From Aeropyrum pernix K1 (lineage in GTDB: Archaea > Thermoproteota > Thermoprotei_A > Sulfolobales > Acidilobaceae), in the NCBI RefSeq assembly GCF_000011125.1, contig NC_000854.2:960001-992000 (forward strand): a DNA stretch of 32,000 nt, given 5' to 3'. The notes below the pieces were generated by a model. The model worked only from the letters and a program-made list of their open reading frames with translations, had not been told where the DNA came from and did no database searches. Positions within the stretch are counted from its first letter, which is position 1; each line of letters begins with the position of its first letter. The position numbers were made by a program, and so were the translations under genes. Of this stretch, positions 20,909 to 27,258 are shown piece after piece.

Positions 20909-21840
20909 CAGGAGGGAGAGGCCAGCCGCCCCAGCACCGGCCTTAGGGTACGCGGCAGGCCCAGGGACTCCAGCCTTCTAAAGCCTCTCTCCGACTCTCT
21001 GAAAATTCTCGCGTAGAGGTAGCCGAAGGGCGCGAGGAAGGCGCCGAGGAGTATGTAGCTTGCTATGGACTGGGGGCTGTAGAAGTCTGAGCCGTCGACG
21101 ACGAGCCTCGGCAGGGGCGGCTCGTAGCCCGCCACCGTGGCTAGGGTGTAGGCTGTTATGGAGGATACGAAGGCGGGGACGAGGGCCTGCACCTCCAGGT
21201 CCCTCTTGTAGAGGACCTCGGCGGCGAAGAAGGCGCTGCCGAGGGGTGAGTGGAATAGGGCTGAGAGGGCCCCCGACATGCCCGCGACCAGGGCTACCCT
21301 CCTGTCCTCTATCCTAAGCCTGAGAAGCCTAGCGATGGTGGAGCCTATCGAGGCGCCTATCTGGACGCTGGGCCCTTCTACACCGCCGCTCCCGCCCGTG
21401 CCCACGAGTATGGAGGAGGCGACAGCCTTGACAACCCCCGTCCTGAAAGGTATCTGGGCAGCCCTCCTGTGGAAAGCCTTCACAGCAGCATCCGTACCGT
21501 GGCCCTCAGCCTCCGGCGAGAACCTGTAGACTATCAGGGAGCTCACCAGCGCACCCCCGACTATCGCCAGGGGTGCGAGGAGGCCAGCCCCTCCTGCTCT
21601 AGACAGGACTAGGCCCAAGTCGCCTCCGGAAGCCTGGCCCGCCAGGAGGTAAGCCGTAAGCCCTGCCACCACGCCCAGTAGCCAGTAGAACGCCAGGGCC
21701 GCCGCCGCAGACGCCACTCCTATGGCGACGCCGAGCACGATCCACTTCTCCGCATACGCGGCCCTAGCCAAGAGGTGGGATAAACTGTAGCTGAGCCAGC
21801 CTGCAGCACGCCTGACCCCCTGCAACGATCCTCCACTCAT
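20764..21840 (-). CDS. ClC chloride channel, N-terminal fragment (reading frame lost near 20930)
   Basis: TM-rich. GTGGSGGVEGPSVQIGASIGS (ClC GSGIPE-type motif) and GMSGALSALFHSPLGSAFFAAEVL. The last ~55 codons (RLASPSWCTLRRSSREAAG...) look out of frame. Confidence 0.8.
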   Translation of the reverse strand: MSGGSLQGVRRAAGWLSYSLSHLLARAAYAEKWIVLGVAIGVASAAAALAFYWLLGVVAGLTAYLLAGQASGGDLGLVLSRAGGAGLLAPLAIVGGALVSSLIVYRFSPEAEGHGTDAAVKAFHRRAAQIPFRTGVVKAVASSILVGTGGSGGVEGPSVQIGASIGSTIARLLRLRIEDRRVALVAGMSGALSALFHSPLGSAFFAAEVLYKRDLEVQALVPAFVSSITAYTLATVAGYEPPLPRLVVDGSDFYSPQSIASYILLGAFLAPFGYLYARIFRESERGFRRLESLGLPRTLRPVLGRLASPSWCTLRRSSREAAGACWPPCYRENPSPGSPLARLACGRLQSWLRPASSR

Positions 21841-22114
21841 TACGCCCCAACACCCTCCCGGGATCCCCTGGCCCCCTGGTCATCGTCCATTACACATGTT
21901 GGTTACGAATCCACGACTATAATAGAACACCGGAAAACCGTCGAGAGGGAGGGAGGCGGTAGGAGGTCTACAGGGCTGGCGGCTACGAGGGTTTAGGGTG
22001 TGAAGCCGCGCAGAACCCGAGCCTTCCCGGAGAGGCTGCACCCCGGCTCCCCACACCCGCCCATGTAACGCTATATCTATCCTGGACCGCTCTTGAGGTT
22101 GTGGAGAATCTGTT

Positions 22115-23074
22115 TTGGCACGTGGTGGTCTCGCGTTGAAGGACAGGTTTAAAGCCGCGGTTCTCTACGGCTGGAGGGAGCCGTTCAGGCTCGAGGAGTA
22201 CGAGGTGGAGCCCCCTGAAGGCTGGGTCCCTGTCGAGGTTAGGAGTGTTGGCATGTGCGGCAGGGATCTCGTTGTCTGGAAGGGAGGGTTCCCCAACCTT
22301 AAGCCCCCGCTGGTGCTGGGCCACGAGGTCTTCGGCCTCCACGATGGGAGGCCGGTCTCGGTCTATCCCGCCATAGCCGTCCCGGGGTGCCCGGACTGCC
22401 CTCCCTCGATACTGGGGGAGAACCTACCGGGGGGGTACGCCGAGAGGGTCTACGTGCCCCGGGAGAACCTCATACCCCTCCCCGACACGGATTTCAACAA
22501 GTACGCCGCCGCGACGTGCGGCGTGGCTACAATGATGCACGCTGCCAGCGTCGCCAGCGTGAGGCCAGGGGAGAGGGTGCTTGTGACCGGGGCCTCCGGG
22601 GGTGTAGCGCTCCACGGGATACAGTACCTCCAGCTCCTTGGGGCTGAGGTTGTGGCCTACACTAGGAGTAGGGAGAAGGCCAGGGTGCTCGAGGAGGAGC
22701 TTGGCGTCGAGGCTGTGACAAGCCTAGACTTCTACAGGGAGCGGGGCAGGGTTGATGTGGTCATGGAGACGGTGGGGGCGCCCACGATAAACGAGAGCAT
22801 GAGAGCCCTCCGCCCACGCGGCCGCCTAGTCCTAATAGGCAACATAACCGGGGAGCCAGTAACAATAAAGCGTCCAGCACTGCTCGTCATGAGAGAGATA
22901 ACAATATCAGGCACAGCAGCATTCACACGCAAAGAATGGGAGGCAGCCATAAAAACAATAGCCAAGGGAGGAGTCAAACCCTTCTACAAAGCATACAGAC
23001 TAGACCAGATAAACAACGCCCTAAAAGAAGCACTACAAGGCGCCAGAATCGGAAGAATAGTAATAAACCCCTAG
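22115..23074 (+). CDS. zinc-type alcohol dehydrogenase / MDR superfamily oxidoreductase
   Basis: 319 aa, TTG start. GMCGRD and GHEVFG zinc-site motifs, Rossmann VLVTGASGGVALHGIQ, typical C-terminus GRIVINP. Codon usage switches abruptly at about 22827 (see findings). Confidence 0.9.
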   Translation: MARGGLALKDRFKAAVLYGWREPFRLEEYEVEPPEGWVPVEVRSVGMCGRDLVVWKGGFPNLKPPLVLGHEVFGLHDGRPVSVYPAIAVPGCPDCPPSILGENLPGGYAERVYVPRENLIPLPDTDFNKYAAATCGVATMMHAASVASVRPGERVLVTGASGGVALHGIQYLQLLGAEVVAYTRSREKARVLEEELGVEAVTSLDFYRERGRVDVVMETVGAPTINESMRALRPRGRLVLIGNITGEPVTIKRPALLVMREITISGTAAFTRKEWEAAIKTIAKGGVKPFYKAYRLDQINNALKEALQGARIGRIVINP

Positions 23075-23180
23075 AAACCGGAAAGCCGAAACCACACAAC
23101 CAAACGCAAAACCAACAATCAACGCAGAAAGAAAAAGCCAAGCCAGACCAACCCGATTCACAGCCCACACAACACAGTAA
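23075..23180 (+). repeat. A/C-only low-complexity tract
   Basis: By hand count, only 4 T and 14 G in 106 nt (aaaccggaaagccgaaaccacacaaccaaacgcaaaaccaacaatcaacgcagaaag...), directly after the ADH stop. It continues the A/C skew of the ADH 3' end. Confidence 0.7.
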
Positions 23181-23830
23181 CATATAGCAGAGGAATTCTC
23201 GGTATTGCTTGTTTTCTTCTTAACAACAATTTAACAACAATATTGAAGTAATGCTCTTCAGCAGAAAGAAGCTTAATCATGTTTTCGGTAAAGATATGCA
23301 ATAAACATATACAAGCGCTCGCATATGCAATCACACCTTAAGTTAAGTTACTTTACAACAGATGTAATGGCACTGCATGCCTGAATCTTAAGAACTTCCA
23401 AAGATTGGCGTATAGCTAGGATTCTCAACTACTAACTAAATTTTTCATCTATTGTTTGCACGTAAAGGAATGCGATAGGTGCAAGTGTACTCTGACAGAA
23501 TGTTCCATTAACATTACCTTAGTAATCATAGACATTTATGATTAAGAGCATATATCGGCTATGTACTCTTTGTGGAGCCTCTCCTAATTGTTAAAAATTA
23601 AAAAGTAGCAAAGTAGAGTGAGATACAAAGTGCTTAAAGGGAGAGGGCCCGTGAAACCATAAGCTGATTTGCAAGTCGGCTTCTGTTCCCATCAGCAGAC
23701 CCCAATGCTTCACAGCAACTGTTAAATTATGCCTTGTAGATTAAGTCTAGCAGTTATAACATCTATTTTGAGTTGAAGCTGGATCGAGAAAATTTAAATA
23801 CTGTATAATAAATATATGTTAATGGTATCG

Positions 23831-23840
23831 ATTAATATAT
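23831..23840 (+). promoter_or_regulatory. TATA-like box plus SD-like GGTGA upstream of the island nuclease gene
   Basis: attaatatat lies ~30 nt upstream of the ATG at 23868. GGTGA at 23857..23861 lies 6 nt before the ATG. Confidence 0.35.
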
Positions 23841-23867
23841 GAAACTTTTTGAGTTGGGTGAATTCAA

Positions 23868-24707
23868 ATGAAATCCGAAATCGATAAGGATTTATGTATT
23901 TTAAATATCATATCAACAATACACAAAATAAAAAATAATATAAACAAATTCTATAATAAATTATCGCGCAATGAAGCATTGACAAGATATGTACTAATTG
24001 ATCCCTTCCTTCGAAGCATAGGCTGGGACCTGGGAAACCCCAAAGAAGTCATTCCAGAGTTTAGTACTGAGGTAGGTGTTCCAGACTATGCCCTTTTACA
24101 AGATGATAAATTATTCATGTTTATTGAGGCTAAAGCTCTTGGTAAAATAAAGGATGTTGATCAGGTTAAAGTCGTATCATATGCAGTCACAAAAGGTGTT
24201 CAATATCTTACGATAACTGATGGAGACTCATGGATAGTATATGACTTGTACCGTGAAGGAAATATTGAACAGAAACAAATATTAACGTGGAGTATGTCCA
24301 GCGACGATGCTGTTACTATAGCTATTAAGGCATTATTCATAGCTAACCTAAAACCCCCCATTCTATCTCTCTACAGAAGAGAAAGACAGCTTTCGGAGCT
24401 AGTCACTAAATCTACTGTAATTAAACTTGAACATGATAAAAATGTTCTAAGGAAAAAGTTTAAGGGGCCTATTACGTCAAAAACTGCTAGAGATATCATA
24501 TTAACGATATTGAAATCCGAAAAGAGACCTTTAAGCGTCAAAGAAATATTCGAACGCGCCCAAATAATGTTCGAGCCTACTGAAGAGGATAAGAAAGTCC
24601 TCTCTAATGGAGAAGTGAGATGGCAAAATAGAATAAGATGGGAACTTTCAAAGCTGGCTAAGGAAGGGCTAATAAAAAGAGTAAAAGAAGGCGTTTACAA
24701 GGCTTAA
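23868..24707 (+). CDS. HsdR-N-type PD-(D/E)xK nuclease fused to a C-terminal Mrr_N-like winged-helix domain
   Basis: 279 aa, AT-rich codons. NEALTRYVLIDPFLRSIGWD (HsdR_N signature helix), PD73 ... E87-A-K89, TITDGDSWIVYD. The C-terminal SVKEIFERAQ...SNGEVRWQNRIRWELSKLAKEGLIKRVKEGVYKA matches the Mrr N-terminal wHTH pattern. Confidence 0.85.
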   Translation: MKSEIDKDLCILNIISTIHKIKNNINKFYNKLSRNEALTRYVLIDPFLRSIGWDLGNPKEVIPEFSTEVGVPDYALLQDDKLFMFIEAKALGKIKDVDQVKVVSYAVTKGVQYLTITDGDSWIVYDLYREGNIEQKQILTWSMSSDDAVTIAIKALFIANLKPPILSLYRRERQLSELVTKSTVIKLEHDKNVLRKKFKGPITSKTARDIILTILKSEKRPLSVKEIFERAQIMFEPTEEDKKVLSNGEVRWQNRIRWELSKLAKEGLIKRVKEGVYKA

Positions 24708-24943
24708 TGCTAATACTTAAATGGATTATCAAATCTAATCTAATTTAAATTATTTAGTTAAATGAGCGATAAAACTAAACCTAAACATGGAGACGTTAAA
24801 ATGGGTTTGATACAATTATCCGAGGAGAATCATATTTAGTCAACTGAGATGCTAAACCCTCAACACTGTTAATTAGTGTATTTTTGATGCGGAGAGTCAG
24901 TGAGTGTGTTAGGTGGAAACTGTTATTTAATCTCCATGTAACG

Positions 24944-24955
24944 TATTATATATTA
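24944..24955 (+). promoter_or_regulatory. TATA-like box upstream of the putative antitoxin ORF
   Basis: tattatatatta lies 19-30 nt upstream of the GTG at 24974. GGTGG at 24962..24966 could be an SD. Confidence 0.35.
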
Positions 24956-24973
24956 GCAGACGGTGGTTTGATA

Positions 24974-25168
24974 GTGTCTTCGAAAAAGTCTAAGGTTAAG
25001 GTTGAAGTTGAGGTTGAAGTTCCCGAAGGCGATGATGAAGGCGTTTACAGGGAGGAATTTCGGAGAGAGCTAGCTAAGAGGATATTAAACGTAATGCTTG
25101 ACAAGGACGTGGAGCCAGCTAAGCGGGCTGTTGCCAAGACTTTGCGCGAGAAGGGCGGGGAGGGATAG
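24974..25168 (+). CDS. putative antitoxin partner of RelE (family not recognised)
   Basis: ORF open from 24884, but the first 30 codons look non-coding, so the GTG at 24974 is preferred (64 aa). It lies directly upstream (46 nt) and co-oriented with the RelE-like toxin. KVKVEVEVEV repeat, then an acidic/helical part (EEFRRELAKRILNVMLDK). Confidence 0.5.
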   Translation: MSSKKSKVKVEVEVEVPEGDDEGVYREEFRRELAKRILNVMLDKDVEPAKRAVAKTLREKGGEG

Positions 25169-25214
25169 CCCCGGCTACTAGCTGTATGCAATTACTTTCT
25201 GGTGTTAGGAAAGA

Positions 25215-25499
25215 TTGACAGAGGTCTATATAGAGAGTTCTGCAAAACGTGATTTAAAGAGGCTGCCAAAGCATATTGTCCAGTGGGTGTTAAACACTGT
25301 TGAGGAACTCGAGGAGAACCCGTTTATCGGCGAGAGGCTACATCTTCCAGCAAGCCTACATGGCTTGTACTGCTTTAAGCTAAGGCGAGGAGACTACCGG
25401 CTAGTCTACTGCTACGTTCCAAATCGAGACACAGTATATATCATCGCCGTTGGACACCGAGGCGAGATATACGAGAAGTTTCGAAGACGAATAAAATAA
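25215..25499 (+). CDS. relE: type II toxin, RelE/ParE (RelE/StbE) family mRNA interferase
   Basis: 94 aa, TTG start. Family pattern YIESSAKRDLKRLPKHIVQWVLNTVEELEENPFIGERL...LRRGDYRLVYCYVPNRDTVYIIAVGHRGEIY. Confidence 0.9.
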   Translation: MTEVYIESSAKRDLKRLPKHIVQWVLNTVEELEENPFIGERLHLPASLHGLYCFKLRRGDYRLVYCYVPNRDTVYIIAVGHRGEIYEKFRRRIK

Positions 25500-25686
25500 C
25501 GCACTGAATCCAATTATAAACATTAGTGATAAGTGATAATTTTAAATTTAAATTCTGCAGGATAGAACTCCGGGAGGTTGGTTATTATAGAGGCCTATCT
25601 GTGCAAGAGCTGTTCTTTCTGTGCTTCATATTCTTTTTCGGGTATAGAGTGCCAAAGAATCAAGCAGATATAGTTGAGGCAAACGC

Positions 25687-25929
25687 CTAATGCCCTAGGA
25701 GCCTCCAGAGGGTTACCCTGCTTACCCCCGCAAGTTCTACTACTTGTTTTCTACCGTGCTTTTCTACTACTCGTCTGAGGATACGGTATCGGGCGTCCTC
25801 TCTAAGCCTTGCCGGGTCAACAGCCTCCCACCACTCCCGCCTATCAGGCATGACTACCACTCCTGATGTTTCACCATGCATCATGAAACTGAAACATTCG
25901 GGGTTATATATTTCTAACCATCGCTTCAC
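25687..25929 (-). CDS. small HTH-containing ORF, possibly a truncated remnant (integrase or regulator N-terminus?)
   Basis: 80 aa from a GTG only 20 nt downstream of the tRNA-Gly 3' end on the same strand. It ends just after a helix-turn-helix (VVELAGVSRVTLWRLLGH*). Intermediate GC. Confidence 0.45.
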   Translation of the reverse strand: MKRWLEIYNPECFSFMMHGETSGVVVMPDRREWWEAVDPARLREDARYRILRRVVEKHGRKQVVELAGVSRVTLWRLLGH

Positions 25930-25948
25930 GATGATGAAGAGGTGTTTG

Positions 25949-26027
25949 TGGTGCGGCCGCCGGGATTTGAACCCGGGACCACCGGCTTGGGAGGCCGGCG
26001 TCCTAGTCCAGGCTAGACGACGGCCGC
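25949..26027 (-). tRNA. tRNA-Gly (anticodon CCC), CCA encoded, no intron
   Basis: Hand-folded cloverleaf on the minus strand: acceptor GCGGCCG/CGGCCGC, D-arm GTCT-AGCCTGGACTA-GGAC, anticodon arm CCGGC-CTCCCAA-GCCGG, variable TGGTC, T-arm CCGGG-TTCAAAT-CCCGG, discriminator A, CCA. Confidence 0.95.
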
Positions 26028-26157
26028 GCCATACTATTTTCTAGTCTATCCTGGGGGGCTTAAAGGTTAGCGCTGTTACCTGTGGGTGAGTGTTATATCC
26101 TCCCGTTAACCATGTATCTCCATCTGGCCCGCGACTCCCCCGGGTGGGGGGTGTTGG

Positions 26158-27150
26158 GTGAGCGGGCCTGGGACGTATTCACCGCCTTCTTCCCGGTTAC
26201 AATATCTGGGGTGCTGTGCTGGGGTGGCTGGTGCTAGGCTTGTTCCGGGGCCTCTTGGGGGGAGGTTTCCCTTTAGCAACTGTGTGTTGGTTGAGGATGC
26301 GGGGTTCAAGGTTCTCGTGGATACGGGGTGTGAGCCCTGGGAGCGTGGGCTGGTGGATGTTGATGTAGTGGTGTTCACTCACTTCCACCCAGACCATATC
26401 AGGGGGTTCCATAGGCTGCGGGCTGGCCGGGTGGCTGCCCCGGAGGGTGAGGAGCCCTATGCTGGGAGGCTTGAGAGGCTTGCCCTCAGGTTTGCCGGCG
26501 AGAGGTGGAGGGAGTGGATCAGCATGGCTAGGCTGGTTATGGATCTGGAAGGCGTGCCGGAGCCGGGGGAGTATTTCAGGCCTGGGGAGGACCTCTGCTT
26601 CCGGGGGGTCTGCATTAAGACCTACCCCGCTAGGGGGCACCTCCAGACCCACACCCTGCTCGAGCTGCCCGGGGGGCTTGTCCACCTTGTGGATATCGAT
26701 TTGACAGGGTTCGGCCCATGGTACGGCAACCCTGAGGCGAGCCCCGAGCTCTTCCTACTCGACATTGAGGCTGCCGCGGAGATGGAGGCCAGGGGGTATC
26801 TTTCAGCCCACAAGGACAGGGTCTACTCTAGGGGTGAGGGTGTGGAGGCTCTCGCCAGGTTTGCGGGGAGGCTGGTGGAGCAGGCTGAGGGTGTGTATAA
26901 GGCCTTGGAGGCCGCTGGGAGGCCCCTCTGGCCCTGGGAGCTCACCGGGAGGGGTATAATATACAGGAGGTATCTGGAGGGTATGGAGGCCATTATGAGC
27001 TACTTCGAGGGCGTGATGATAGAGAAGCTCCTCGGCCTCCTAGGCCTATGGGGCTGCACCCGGAAGACCCCCGGGGGGTATGTTGCCAGGGACTGCCACC
27101 TCGGGGTTATCAAGGATAGGATAACGAGGAACATACTATCCCTAGCCTAA
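26158..27150 (+). CDS. metallo-beta-lactamase fold hydrolase
   Basis: HxHxDH motif in VVFTHFHPDHIRG, preceded by NCVLVEDAGFKVLVDTG. The true start is probably the in-frame GTG at 26224 ((M)AGARLVPGP...), because the first 22 codons look non-coding. Confidence 0.85.
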   Translation: MSGPGTYSPPSSRLQYLGCCAGVAGARLVPGPLGGRFPFSNCVLVEDAGFKVLVDTGCEPWERGLVDVDVVVFTHFHPDHIRGFHRLRAGRVAAPEGEEPYAGRLERLALRFAGERWREWISMARLVMDLEGVPEPGEYFRPGEDLCFRGVCIKTYPARGHLQTHTLLELPGGLVHLVDIDLTGFGPWYGNPEASPELFLLDIEAAAEMEARGYLSAHKDRVYSRGEGVEALARFAGRLVEQAEGVYKALEAAGRPLWPWELTGRGIIYRRYLEGMEAIMSYFEGVMIEKLLGLLGLWGCTRKTPGGYVARDCHLGVIKDRITRNILSLA

Positions 27151-27215
27151 CCACCGCTAGTCTGACCCGGAGGGTTACCCCGGGGATAGTAGGTTGAGGG
27201 CCCGCTAGGGAGGGG

Positions 27216-27221
27216 TTATAT
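27216..27221 (+). promoter_or_regulatory. TATA-like box upstream of the CDGSH mini-gene
   Basis: ttatat within ggggttatatgtttt lies ~38 nt upstream of the GTG at 27259. Confidence 0.3.
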
Positions 27222-27258
27222 GTTTTGAGGTCTAACTCGCTGTTGTGGTGCGCAGGCT

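Larger units (their letters stand above)
23075..25948. mobile_element. AT-rich horizontally acquired island (integrated-element remnant?) abutting the 3' end of tRNA-Gly
   Basis: Hand-counted G+C is 28% (23221..23280) and 17% (23881..23940), against 65% in 22201..22260. Cargo is a nuclease-wHTH gene, a RelE module and an HTH fragment. It is adjacent to a tRNA 3' end. No integrase and no long att repeat were found. Confidence 0.5.

Noticed and set aside
21983-22342. 119-aa minus-strand ORF overlapping the ADH 5' end
   Set aside because: It is antisense to the ADH gene, which has GHE and Zn motifs. No supporting signals.
22936-23187. ORFs 22936..23187 (+, Gln/Lys/Asn/Thr-rich) and 22974..23183 (-, Cys/Leu/Phe/Gly/Val-rich) across the A/C tract
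   Set aside because: Both are direct consequences of the A/C (or complementary G/T) low-complexity sequence, which lacks stop codons. They are not protein-like.
23181-23867. AT-rich non-coding stretch considered as a replication origin (DUE flanked by ORB elements)
   Set aside because: There is only a single weak CTCCACA-like half match (revcomp of 23571..23577). There are no inverted ORB/mini-ORB repeats and no adjacent orc1/cdc6 gene. The AT-richness extends through coding cargo, so foreign origin explains it better.
24762-24839. 25-aa ORF (MSDKTKPKHGDVKMGLIQLSEENHI) between the nuclease gene and the TA module
   Set aside because: It is too short, has no RBS or TATA context I could identify, and carries no recognisable motif.
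25850-26044. 64-aa + strand ORF, and a shorter frame reading PPGFEPGTTG, running antisense through the tRNA gene; considered as an SSV-type partitioned integrase N-fragment
   Set aside because: The PPGFEPG-like peptide merely reflects the conserved tRNA T-arm sequence. There is no second copy of the tRNA 3' half at the other island end. No ORF with tyrosine-recombinase R..HxxR..Y motifs exists anywhere in the window.
26197-26685. 162-aa minus-strand ORF opposite the MBL hydrolase gene
   Set aside because: Shadow ORF with Pro-rich nonsense-like sequence. The + strand carries the HxHxDH motif.
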